DNA of 60,834 nucleotides from NCBI GenBank assembly GCA_034716895.1, contig JAYEKW010000114.1, positions 18,470 to 79,303 of the forward strand. The letters are read 5' to 3'. The first letter of the stretch is position 1; each line of letters opens with the position of its first letter. The notes beneath the pieces are model-generated. The model had not been told where the DNA came from and did not search any database. It was given only the letters and a program-made list of their open reading frames with translations. This document shows, in pieces, positions 48,801-56,245 of this stretch. Position numbers and translations under genes: made by a program. Source of the DNA: Fidelibacterota bacterium (GTDB lineage: Bacteria > Fidelibacterota > UBA8477 > JABMPR01).

Positions 48801-50621
48801 AAACCCGGTTTTGCCTATTTGACACCTTATTATCTGCTGCAGCAAGTCAATACCGTTCGGGATGTCAGTGACCTGGTTGTCATGCAAATGCATGCCGGCA
48901 GCGAATACTCTTCTGAACCCGGCGCTGGTTATGACAGCTATGAATTTGGAACTGGAGTTCTACCAGAAGACTGGATCGCTCCCAGAGAGATCATTGAGCA
49001 TATGGATCTTCCTCAAGATAGTGACGAGGACGAAAACTATTCACCTCTGTTAGATGTGCCGCATATGTGGGATCGTGAGATCAGACATTTCGCCATTGAT
49101 GCCGGGGCAGACCTGGTCGTGGTTCATCATCCACATATTATCCAGGGTCTTGAAGTTTATGCCGGAAAACTGATCGCCCATTCGTTGGGGAATTTCGTCT
49201 TTGACCTGAACTATCATGAAACCTTTCCGTCAGTTATCCTCAACGCCGAAATAGATGCGCCGGGCTTTACCGCTTTTTCAGCAACACCAGTATATCTTGA
49301 TGACTATATCCCCGTGCCTGCAACCGGAGCACTGGGTGTCCATTTACTGGACTATCTGGCTGAAAGATCACGTGCACTGGACACTTATCTCTATGTTGAC
49401 CAGGAAGGTGTGCGCGCTTCGGTTTGGCTGGATACTCTATCCATGCCGCGTACCCATATTTTGAATCGTCGTTCTTTTACGCTTGAACAAAATGGTCCCA
49501 ACTGGGTTTCTGCTCCTCTGGACATTCATCATCTGGGAAATATTTCTGCTTTGTCGGCACCTGCTGGCACTAACTGGGAATATCGGCTGGGTCGGGAACT
49601 GCTCTGGTATGGAAACATGGAAGATGAAGGCGCCAGTCAATGGAACATTAACAGTGGTGATGAGTGGCTGGATGTCACAGAAGCTTATGCCGGCGATCGT
49701 TCCATCGGTCAACATCGCACGCCGGCTTCTGGTGATAATGTGATCACCAATCTTGAGAACAGGATCCGGGTTGATGCCACCAAACAACATTCTGTCTCGG
49801 CTTATCTCAAAACCCTCAACAGCAATAACGCTACGATTCAAGTTCGTTATTATGCTGGCCGGACAACCACAACTGCTTTGGCTACCCATAATTTGACACC
49901 TGGTGTAGATGGAACCAGCGATTGGACCTTTTATCACAACGCAACAAGCCCCCCTTACAACGCCGCGTATTTTGATATCCGGCTAAATACTGATATGCCC
50001 ATCGTAGGGGATGGTTATACCTGGTTTGATGAGGTTCACTTGATCGAGTGGACCAACTGGAATACTGCTCCAGCCCTGAATATCACCTCACCAAATGATC
50101 TATATTTTCTGCAACTACGTAATAGCTCTTCCATGCCGGATCCATCTGTTGAATTTACCGAAACCGTCTATAATGATCCCCAGCTTGTAACCGTTGACCT
50201 GCAGGCCGATGAGACGATTGCTTTGGTTGATACAGAAATTCATTTTAGTGATCTATCCGCAGGCCCCGTTGGCTGGTGGGAATGGAACTTTGGTGATGGA
50301 AGCAGTAGTATAGAACAGAATCCAGCCCATACTTACCGCGAAGCCGGTTTCTATGAGGTAAGCCTTACGGTACTGGACAACCTGGGTAATCCTCTAACTG
50401 AGACAAAAACTGATTACATTAGAATCTTTGATCAATATTTGCCGGGTGACATGAATTTTGATGGTCAAAATACCGTGAGTGATATTGTGATCCTGGTAAA
50501 TATTATCATTGGTGAAATCACTCCAACCACGCCTCAATTTGAAACCGGTGATATTAATGGTGATGGAAATATCAATGTTCAAGACCTGGTCTCGCTGGTA
50601 AATATTATTTTGTTTGGTTAA
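45819..50621 (+). CDS. Giant secreted multidomain protein: unknown N-terminal domain, FN3-like, PKD, CapA/PGA_cap metallophosphatase-like, PKD, and a dockerin-like tail
   Basis: 1600-aa ORF. The signal-like SRSRSTAFLLLLLFLPDLQA-E suggests that GTG 45864 is an alternative start to TTG 45819. PKD motifs are WNFGDGETSQ and WNFGDGSSS. CapA-like blocks are LNFVGDIMIAR, TIANLECT, VTLANNHTLDYG, VVHHPHIIQG and HSLGNFVFD. The C-terminus is GDMNFDGQNTVSDIVILVNIII...GDINGDGNINVQDLVSLVNIILFG. Confidence 0.8.
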   Translation: MAVTIQPHNPYFPPIVNNISRSRSTAFLLLLLFLPDLQAEIIYESGNLMEFIGGESTTTAYDNYVSHISEGIADPGYNDYGPDWIDVQTNGFGDYRIIPELGYTLQHWRNIFEALLVGDLDAVDQMLGDSSSTFHYELVEYQDVLYNRTYYIIREQLDLSYMDINQPDIVGDEVEGSFTNGWGLFILNPDASRQHVVVEMPHPCDDFISPYVGTEMFLQTDAFAMMMAGASRELKWTGYGSYTNNKSLSDPSRNANTVFQVFHEVLCDSLMQIGPHSPLILHTHSFDDNLAHTDFQAIVLSGGWDAGNANKPIRDLADDNLDLINFTAEYPIAAGTFGEHPAVRVDEYYRVHYNGTLIYHGASQDYEMPHTYTLLGPNTGVQMNYLRQFFNNGAVYEPWVQIELFEKPLLFQNMEMPLTELYAGGYPSSYHNYSILANYYQPFIDALEAYLQNWVDVPDNSPPEAINNWHTAFDGQSYVSLDWDPVFDTNHKTYRIFYDTDSLTEDSPYLDALSEVRLLNPATDHLLFDNLDPSANYVFQIQALDHFDNIGPLSETITDSIPGHESIHVLENFDDGEISLGSYSDEDQHPDSWELNSSRTFMNSPYSLKLWGNTWKNQTIDPYSITPASVFQIAAYVDHLGEIQGVAFQDSLNTLFYALDGSQQLDIEEWVTVYQGYFPEDTWNLYRLPIGDDWLARFDYDPLLTNIIYINDRDSDPSAQVYFDELFDITNSIAFAPEVDISFTEGLIYRNSTYQRSVDVSFQSIVDDADSDTHSYLWNFGDGETSQAVHPIHSFLVEDDHDYTVLLQVSDESGYMGQATTRIMVEPGSSSLPLNLNFVGDIMIARRYENEGGILETGGVGSIFEPTLEQLGNAADLTIANLECTMTIDGEEHPTKSVVFKGHPDYVTGLVEAGIDLVTLANNHTLDYGLIGLQTTQQALAANNILYSGSGIDTYEAYSPIFTNTKGIAIAWLANSDRTGQYNNYQPYLNAGYNKPGFAYLTPYYLLQQVNTVRDVSDLVVMQMHAGSEYSSEPGAGYDSYEFGTGVLPEDWIAPREIIEHMDLPQDSDEDENYSPLLDVPHMWDREIRHFAIDAGADLVVVHHPHIIQGLEVYAGKLIAHSLGNFVFDLNYHETFPSVILNAEIDAPGFTAFSATPVYLDDYIPVPATGALGVHLLDYLAERSRALDTYLYVDQEGVRASVWLDTLSMPRTHILNRRSFTLEQNGPNWVSAPLDIHHLGNISALSAPAGTNWEYRLGRELLWYGNMEDEGASQWNINSGDEWLDVTEAYAGDRSIGQHRTPASGDNVITNLENRIRVDATKQHSVSAYLKTLNSNNATIQVRYYAGRTTTTALATHNLTPGVDGTSDWTFYHNATSPPYNAAYFDIRLNTDMPIVGDGYTWFDEVHLIEWTNWNTAPALNITSPNDLYFLQLRNSSSMPDPSVEFTETVYNDPQLVTVDLQADETIALVDTEIHFSDLSAGPVGWWEWNFGDGSSSIEQNPAHTYREAGFYEVSLTVLDNLGNPLTETKTDYIRIFDQYLPGDMNFDGQNTVSDIVILVNIIIGEITPTTPQFETGDINGDGNINVQDLVSLVNIILFG

Positions 50622-50818
50622 ACCCCACTCATCTGTGTCGCGCTAAAGTAGTCACTGAATCTATCGAAGTGCCCTCAAAGCGCGATGATATCATCCCTGG
50701 AGAATCTCAGGATGATAAGGCCTAAACCTTTAAAATATCTTCAGAAAAACCTTATTTATTATACGATTTTCATTAATATAATAGCAACCATTAACCCATA
50801 AAAACTAGATTGACCCCC

Positions 50819-51676
50819 ATGACTATTTGGCGTGTAGTAGACATTATCAAGTCGAGCACTGCTTTTCTTGAAAAAAAAGGCGTTCCTGATGCTCGTTTGG
50901 ACGCGGAAACACTGTTGGGTGACATTCTCGACAAAAACCGTCTGGAACTTTACCTCTACTTTGACCGGCCTCTGAACCCGGAAGAACTGGATCAGTACCG
51001 TGAACACATCAAGCGACGGGGTTCTCGTGAACCGCTTCAGCATATTGTGGGTGAAACCGGGTTTATGAACCTGACTCTCAAAACCAGCCCGGCAGCTTTG
51101 ATACCCCGACCTGAAACAGAAGTTCTGATTGAAAAAGCACTGGGTCTGGTGCAAGATCGAGAGGTTCGCATTTTGGATATTGGGACCGGCTCAGGCTGTA
51201 TTGCTTTATCTCTTGCTCAAGAGTTGGGAAAAGCAAAAGTGCTGGCAATTGATGTGTCCTCTGAAGCGCTTCAACTCGCTCGTGAAAATGCTGTTCTCAA
51301 TGACACACTGGTTTCCTTTCAGGAGCTGGATATCCTTCAGACCTTACCTAATATTGAAGAACGCTTTGACCTGGTAGTTTCCAACCCACCTTACATCGCC
51401 CCTTCAGAAAAAGATCAACTTCAAAAAGAAGTGGTCGATTTTGACCCGCCTCTCGCGCTTTTTGATGAAGTTGATGGACTTACTTTTTATCGACGCTATG
51501 CTGATATTTTGCCAGATTTACTCAACCCTGGTGGTCATTTCTACTTCGAATTTGGAGGGGTTCATCAGGAAAAATCCATCTTGAATATTTTTATGGAAGC
51601 AGGTTATCGTGACTTGGAAATTATCCAAGATTATAATGGTGACCCGCGAGTTATCTCCGGATGTTACCACCCCTAG
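50819..51676 (+). CDS. prmC: Release factor glutamine N5-methyltransferase
   Basis: NPPY motif (VVSNPPYIAPSE), ILDIGTGSGCIAL, and an N-terminal HemK helical domain. ATG at 50819; the ORF is open from 50810. Confidence 0.9.
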   Translation: MTIWRVVDIIKSSTAFLEKKGVPDARLDAETLLGDILDKNRLELYLYFDRPLNPEELDQYREHIKRRGSREPLQHIVGETGFMNLTLKTSPAALIPRPETEVLIEKALGLVQDREVRILDIGTGSGCIALSLAQELGKAKVLAIDVSSEALQLARENAVLNDTLVSFQELDILQTLPNIEERFDLVVSNPPYIAPSEKDQLQKEVVDFDPPLALFDEVDGLTFYRRYADILPDLLNPGGHFYFEFGGVHQEKSILNIFMEAGYRDLEIIQDYNGDPRVISGCYHP

Positions 51677-51700
51677 TACTTTAAAAAAAGGACAACCATC

Positions 51701-52048
51701 ATGCGAATCCGTATTATCAATTATAGTTTTATGATCTTACTTCTGGCGGCTCACTTTTCCCGGGCTAATAACAACCTTTTTGCCGGGCTGGTCCTGTTTG
51801 TTCCTTTCCTGTTATTGATTAGGCGAGGTTGGGTAGTTCCGCTTTTGCAGGGCGTGGGATATCTGGCAGCCCTGTCATGGCTCTTTTCTGCCTATCAATA
51901 TATCCAGCTGCGGATCGCTGAGGGTGATGACTGGATTCGCCTGGCAGTTATCATATTTACCATCGCTGTCTACTCAGCCTGGAGTAGTTATTATTTAAAT
52001 CCCAAGTCAGGGAAAGACACCAATGATATCAATCAAGTCTCTGCGTAA
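51701..52048 (+). CDS. Hypothetical small membrane protein (3-4 TM segments)
   Basis: 115-aa hydrophobic ORF with GGACAACC upstream. I recognise no family. Confidence 0.5.
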   Translation: MRIRIINYSFMILLLAAHFSRANNNLFAGLVLFVPFLLLIRRGWVVPLLQGVGYLAALSWLFSAYQYIQLRIAEGDDWIRLAVIIFTIAVYSAWSSYYLNPKSGKDTNDINQVSA

Positions 52049-52086
52049 ATCTATGGATAAATGTTTTATTACAGGTTGGGGAAATC

Positions 52087-53067
52087 ATGACAAACCAAAC
52101 CAAATCATTTTGTGAAGATCTAAATATCAAACTGCCCATCATTGGGGGTGCTATGTATCCCTGTTCTAATCCGGAATTAGTCGCTGCAATCTCAGCGGCT
52201 GGTGGCATTGGGGTCGTTCAGCCCTTGAGCCTGACCTATGTCCATGGTTATGAGTTCCGGGCTGGTTTGCGTTACATCAGGACACTAACAGACAAACCCA
52301 TCGGTCTAAATCTACTGGTTGAAAAGAGCTCACAAAAGTACTTGGACCGGGTCAAGGAATGGTTGGATATCTCGCTGGAGGAAGGGGTATCCTTCTTTGT
52401 GACGGCATTGGGAAATCCACGGTTTGTGGTGGATAAAGTACATGCACAGGGAGGTCTGGTCTACCATAATACAACCACCCGAAGATGGGCTGAAAAAGCA
52501 TTGGATGGTGGCGTTGATGGACTGATCGGTGTGAATGATCGGGCCGGTGGACATGCCGGGACAGAGACAGCCACCCGACTCTATGAAAATTTGATCGACC
52601 TGGGAAAGCCCTTGATCTGTGCCGGTGGTATCAGTGATCCACAGGATGTCAAATCAATGATCGACCTGGGTTATTCCGGGATCCAGATGGGCACCCGTTT
52701 TATTGCCAGCACCGAATGCACCGCTCACTCCGATTATAAGCAGGCCATTCTTGATGCAGATGAATCCAGTATTGTATTAACGGATAAACTATCTGGCGTG
52801 CCTGTTTCGGTTATTGAAAATGGATATATCAAGCGTATTGGTGTCAAGGCTGGTTCTTTTGCCAAATGGATGTTACGCGGTTCTAAGACCAAGAAATACA
52901 TGCGGATGTTTTATACGCTACGCTCTTTCAAAAACCTGAAAGACACCTCTGGGAAAAGCGGTAGTTACCAGAACTATTTTCAAGCGGGGAAAAGTGTTGA
53001 GGGCATACAGGAACTACTGCCTGTCTCAGAGATCATACAGCAGTACCAGAACATCCTTAAAGCCTAA
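52087..53067 (+). CDS. Nitronate monooxygenase / NAD(P)H-dependent flavin oxidoreductase (NMO, FabK-like) family
   Basis: LPIIGGAM..., GVNDRAGGHAG and ICAGGISDPQD blocks are typical of the TIM-barrel FMN enzymes of this family. Confidence 0.8.
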   Translation: MTNQTKSFCEDLNIKLPIIGGAMYPCSNPELVAAISAAGGIGVVQPLSLTYVHGYEFRAGLRYIRTLTDKPIGLNLLVEKSSQKYLDRVKEWLDISLEEGVSFFVTALGNPRFVVDKVHAQGGLVYHNTTTRRWAEKALDGGVDGLIGVNDRAGGHAGTETATRLYENLIDLGKPLICAGGISDPQDVKSMIDLGYSGIQMGTRFIASTECTAHSDYKQAILDADESSIVLTDKLSGVPVSVIENGYIKRIGVKAGSFAKWMLRGSKTKKYMRMFYTLRSFKNLKDTSGKSGSYQNYFQAGKSVEGIQELLPVSEIIQQYQNILKA

Positions 53068-53367
53068 TCCTCCGTAATATTGATGTTTGGCTTCTTGCCG
53101 GGAGGTGATCTACTCTAGGTCATTGACCCCCTCCGCCCGCTGGGCACCTCCCCAAGGAGAGGACTTTTCGTCTGACGCGATTAACCTGAACATGAACTCG
53201 TCCAACCCCTTCCAGGCGAGAAAGTATACTGCTTGTATAATCCGGGAATATCTGTGTTTCATTTCGACTTTACTCAATACAAGCATCTGTATTAAAAATA
53301 CACTTTGTAATAATTCGTATAAAATCGGTTTTGCTTTGCTCGTGCATCCGCCTGCTTACCTTGGGAC

Positions 53368-53817
53368 ATGGTGAATGTCTCTCATAGAACTTTAAAGGTC
53401 CTGGCAGCCATCCTTTGGTACATTGGTGTCTATATGCTCTTAACCAAAGGTTGGACTCTTTCCCATGCTGCCCAGACACTTCGACCTGAAGGATTTGGGT
53501 TGATCATTTCATGGATGGCAGGTATCAGTATCGGCTTAATTAAAACCCGCTTTATCTTCATCAAGAGCTGCAAAAAGAACATGGCTCGTATTGATGCTCT
53601 GGTATCACCTAAGTTGTGGCAATTTTACCGCTATCAGTTCTTTATTGCTCTGGTGATCATGATTCTGGCTGGATCATTCCTATCACGGGCATCGCAAGGA
53701 AATCATACTTTCCTGGTAGCCGTTGCCATACTTGATATCAGCATCGGTTCCGCCTTGCTCTTTAGCAGTTGGATCTTCTGGAAGCAGGGTGTCTTCTCAT
53801 TTAGCTCAGCGAAATAG
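53368..53817 (+). CDS. Hypothetical membrane protein (4 TM segments)
   Basis: 149-aa hydrophobic ORF; no recognisable family. Confidence 0.5.
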   Translation: MVNVSHRTLKVLAAILWYIGVYMLLTKGWTLSHAAQTLRPEGFGLIISWMAGISIGLIKTRFIFIKSCKKNMARIDALVSPKLWQFYRYQFFIALVIMILAGSFLSRASQGNHTFLVAVAILDISIGSALLFSSWIFWKQGVFSFSSAK

Positions 53818-54000
53818 ACTCTGGCTTTTCTTGGTACTTGACTTGCATTCCTTTAAGAAAATTACGCAGGACTTGGTTCCTAAGCCGTCGGTAGTGTTTG
53901 TGGTCCGGTTTTCTAAAGAAGACGCTTAGCTCATATTTACTTAAGCTAAAATCAGCCAACTCTAGAATAGCAAGCACATCTTCTGCTTTTAGATTCAGAG

Positions 54001-54717
54001 CTATGCGTTGCGCTCAAGAGTCGCGACATTTTGGGACTTCAAGTGTCTCAGTTTGCGTAATAATACAAGTAACCAGAGACCGCTTCCTGAGAATACCAGA
54101 CTTCCTCCAAACACCAGGAGATATCCTTTAAGATCATAAACCCAACTATAACCATTCTCCGCAAAATGACTGTCCCCAACCCAGAGGTGGGTTGTTAGCG
54201 TAAGAATCCCGCCAGCAACTAATGCTGACCCCAGGGCAACCAATCCAGGATTGGCCTCTTTATCAGGTTCTACCAAGCCGATCAATGCCCCCTGGACTTT
54301 CCACCAGGCAAATAGAAACATCAGCAGGGTGACCAGGGTAAGGTAAACCCGAAAATTTACTGGAACTGAATTTCCCCGGACTATTTCTGAAGTAATCATT
54401 TGGATGGTGCCAGTCAATAGTCCCAGACTTAATATTATAATGGCATTCCGATAGGCATTGGTTCTTTTTCGAACCAGTGCACCAAACCCCCAGAGCCCCC
54501 ACAAACCGATACTGATACTGGCAATAACCAGTATTTGATACAGCAATTGATAGGGTAACAGCGCTGCCATACTGGGATATTGTTCCGTTTTAAAGGCAGC
54601 ACAATAGGTTCCCACCCCACTCAGTAATGTAAATAGAACCGTTAGCAGAAAAGCGGTGATCAACACTATTCGTATAGCTATCGATTGTTTTTTCTCATTC
54701 ATTATTGATTTCTCCAA
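54001..54717 (-). CDS. Hypothetical polytopic membrane protein (about 7 TM segments)
   Basis: 238-aa hydrophobic ORF; no recognisable family. Confidence 0.55.
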   Translation of the reverse strand: MEKSIMNEKKQSIAIRIVLITAFLLTVLFTLLSGVGTYCAAFKTEQYPSMAALLPYQLLYQILVIASISIGLWGLWGFGALVRKRTNAYRNAIIILSLGLLTGTIQMITSEIVRGNSVPVNFRVYLTLVTLLMFLFAWWKVQGALIGLVEPDKEANPGLVALGSALVAGGILTLTTHLWVGDSHFAENGYSWVYDLKGYLLVFGGSLVFSGSGLWLLVLLRKLRHLKSQNVATLERNA

Positions 54718-54769
54718 TATTTGAACGGCAACAAGACTTCAATCTGATTTAACAATATCTGGAGTCCTG

Positions 54770-55207
54770 TCACTCACCAATATCCTCATTCCAAAGCTCA
54801 GGTTTTGTCTGAATAAAGGCCTTCATTAGATCTCGACATTCCTGATTATCAACAACCTCAACTTCAACACCACGTGACCTTACATAATCCTCCGGCCCCC
54901 GAAAGGTTTGATTCTCTCCAATAACAATTTTGGGAATCCCGTATAGCAGGGCCGTCCCGCTGCACATATCACAAGGACTTAGGGTTGAATAGAGAGTGGC
55001 TTTTTGATAATCTGCCGCTTTTAGACGGCCGGCATTTTCAAAACAGTCCATTTCAGCATGTAAAATGGCGCTGCCTTTCTGGATGCGTTGATTATGACCA
55101 CGACCTACGATATCACCATCAATTACCAGGACTGAGCCGATTGGAATACCACCTTCAGCCAAACCTTTCCGGGCTTCTTCCATGGCTGCTGCTAAAAATT
55201 TATCCAT
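54770..55207 (-). CDS. CMP/dCMP-type zinc deaminase (cytosine/nucleoside deaminase-like)
   Basis: HAEMDC and PCDMCSG zinc-binding motifs; 145 aa. Confidence 0.85.
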   Translation of the reverse strand: MDKFLAAAMEEARKGLAEGGIPIGSVLVIDGDIVGRGHNQRIQKGSAILHAEMDCFENAGRLKAADYQKATLYSTLSPCDMCSGTALLYGIPKIVIGENQTFRGPEDYVRSRGVEVEVVDNQECRDLMKAFIQTKPELWNEDIGE

Positions 55208-55337
55208 TTTGCATCCTCTTAATTACTTAACTTAAAATAGTGGGTCAAGTATAGGTCGAAATACAGCAAGAAAGAATGAGAACTTGAATATTCGTCCGCT
55301 ACAACTGTAATTTTAATCACCGACCCCTTTCTACTTA

Positions 55338-55365
55338 TTCCTTCTTCCTTCTTCCTTCTTCCTTA
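55338..55365. repeat. (TTCCTTC)x3 plus TTCCTTA heptamer array between the divergent deaminase and UbiA genes
   Basis: Read directly from the sequence. It ends 10 nt before the UbiA GTG start. Confidence 0.95.
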
Positions 55366-55374
55366 GTTTAAACC

Positions 55375-56208
55375 GTGCCCGCTTTTCTCTCCATTTTGCG
55401 ACCACTGAACCTGCTCCAGGCCACCCTGGCAGTAATTCTGACGGCTGCATTTCTAGATCAGCTTTCTCAGATCGAAACCCTGGCTTGGCTTATTCTTTCG
55501 GTTATCACCATAAATGGTGCAGGCAACATTATCAATGACATCTACGATATTGAAATCGACAAGATCAATCGTCCACGTCGCCCCTTACCTTCCGGAAACA
55601 TGAGCCTGATGACCGCCAGAGTATATATGATCACCCTTTTTATGGTTGGTATCCTTTTTTCCAGTCTCATTTCTGCCGCGACTCTGCTCATAGCCGGGTT
55701 GATCGCTATGCCGCTTCTCATCGCCTACAGCGCCTGGTTCAAACGCCTGCCCCTGATCGGAAATATCACGGTTTCCTTTATGCTTGGATTGACCTTTGTT
55801 TATGTGGGTTCAGCTTTTGGAGCAATTCAAGAAACGATAATCATGGGAGCCCTTGCATTCGGCTTCACTTTTATCCGGGAAATTGTGAAGGATCTGGAGG
55901 ACCAGGAAGGTGACCGGGAAGTCAACGCCAAAACCCTGCCCCTGATCTGGGGAGAATCAGCTACTATCAATTTTACACTTCTGCTCATGGTTGTTTTTAT
56001 AGTCCTGGATTTGTTTCCCTATATTTTTGGGGCTTACAACGAGTTGTACTTGTGGTTGGTTATCATCGGGATAAACTTCCCCATATTGATCTGCGCTATC
56101 ATTTTATGGAGATTTCCTGCCAAAAACAATTTTGCCCGAATTCAATTATTTTTAAAACTCAATATTTTTATCGGTCTGGCTGCACTCTATCTTGGTCGAC
56201 CAATTTAG
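55375..56208 (+). CDS. UbiA-family prenyltransferase
   Basis: NDIYDIEIDKINRPRRPLPSG and a second Asp-rich block KDLEDQEGD. About 8 TM segments; GTG start. Confidence 0.85.
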   Translation: MPAFLSILRPLNLLQATLAVILTAAFLDQLSQIETLAWLILSVITINGAGNIINDIYDIEIDKINRPRRPLPSGNMSLMTARVYMITLFMVGILFSSLISAATLLIAGLIAMPLLIAYSAWFKRLPLIGNITVSFMLGLTFVYVGSAFGAIQETIIMGALAFGFTFIREIVKDLEDQEGDREVNAKTLPLIWGESATINFTLLLMVVFIVLDLFPYIFGAYNELYLWLVIIGINFPILICAIILWRFPAKNNFARIQLFLKLNIFIGLAALYLGRPI

Positions 56209-56245
56209 CCGTTTTTCCCGTCAGGGATCTTTATAAGGAAACCGC

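Noticed and set aside
53087-53374. 95-aa plus-strand ORF between the NMO-family gene and the next membrane-protein gene
   Set aside because: It has a TTG start, low-complexity Cys/Ser/Asn-rich composition and no ribosome-binding site. It spans a GC-rich hairpin-like block (CCCCCTCCGCCCGCTGGGCACCTCCCCAAGGAGAGG) and then AT-rich promoter-like DNA. The region is more likely non-coding.
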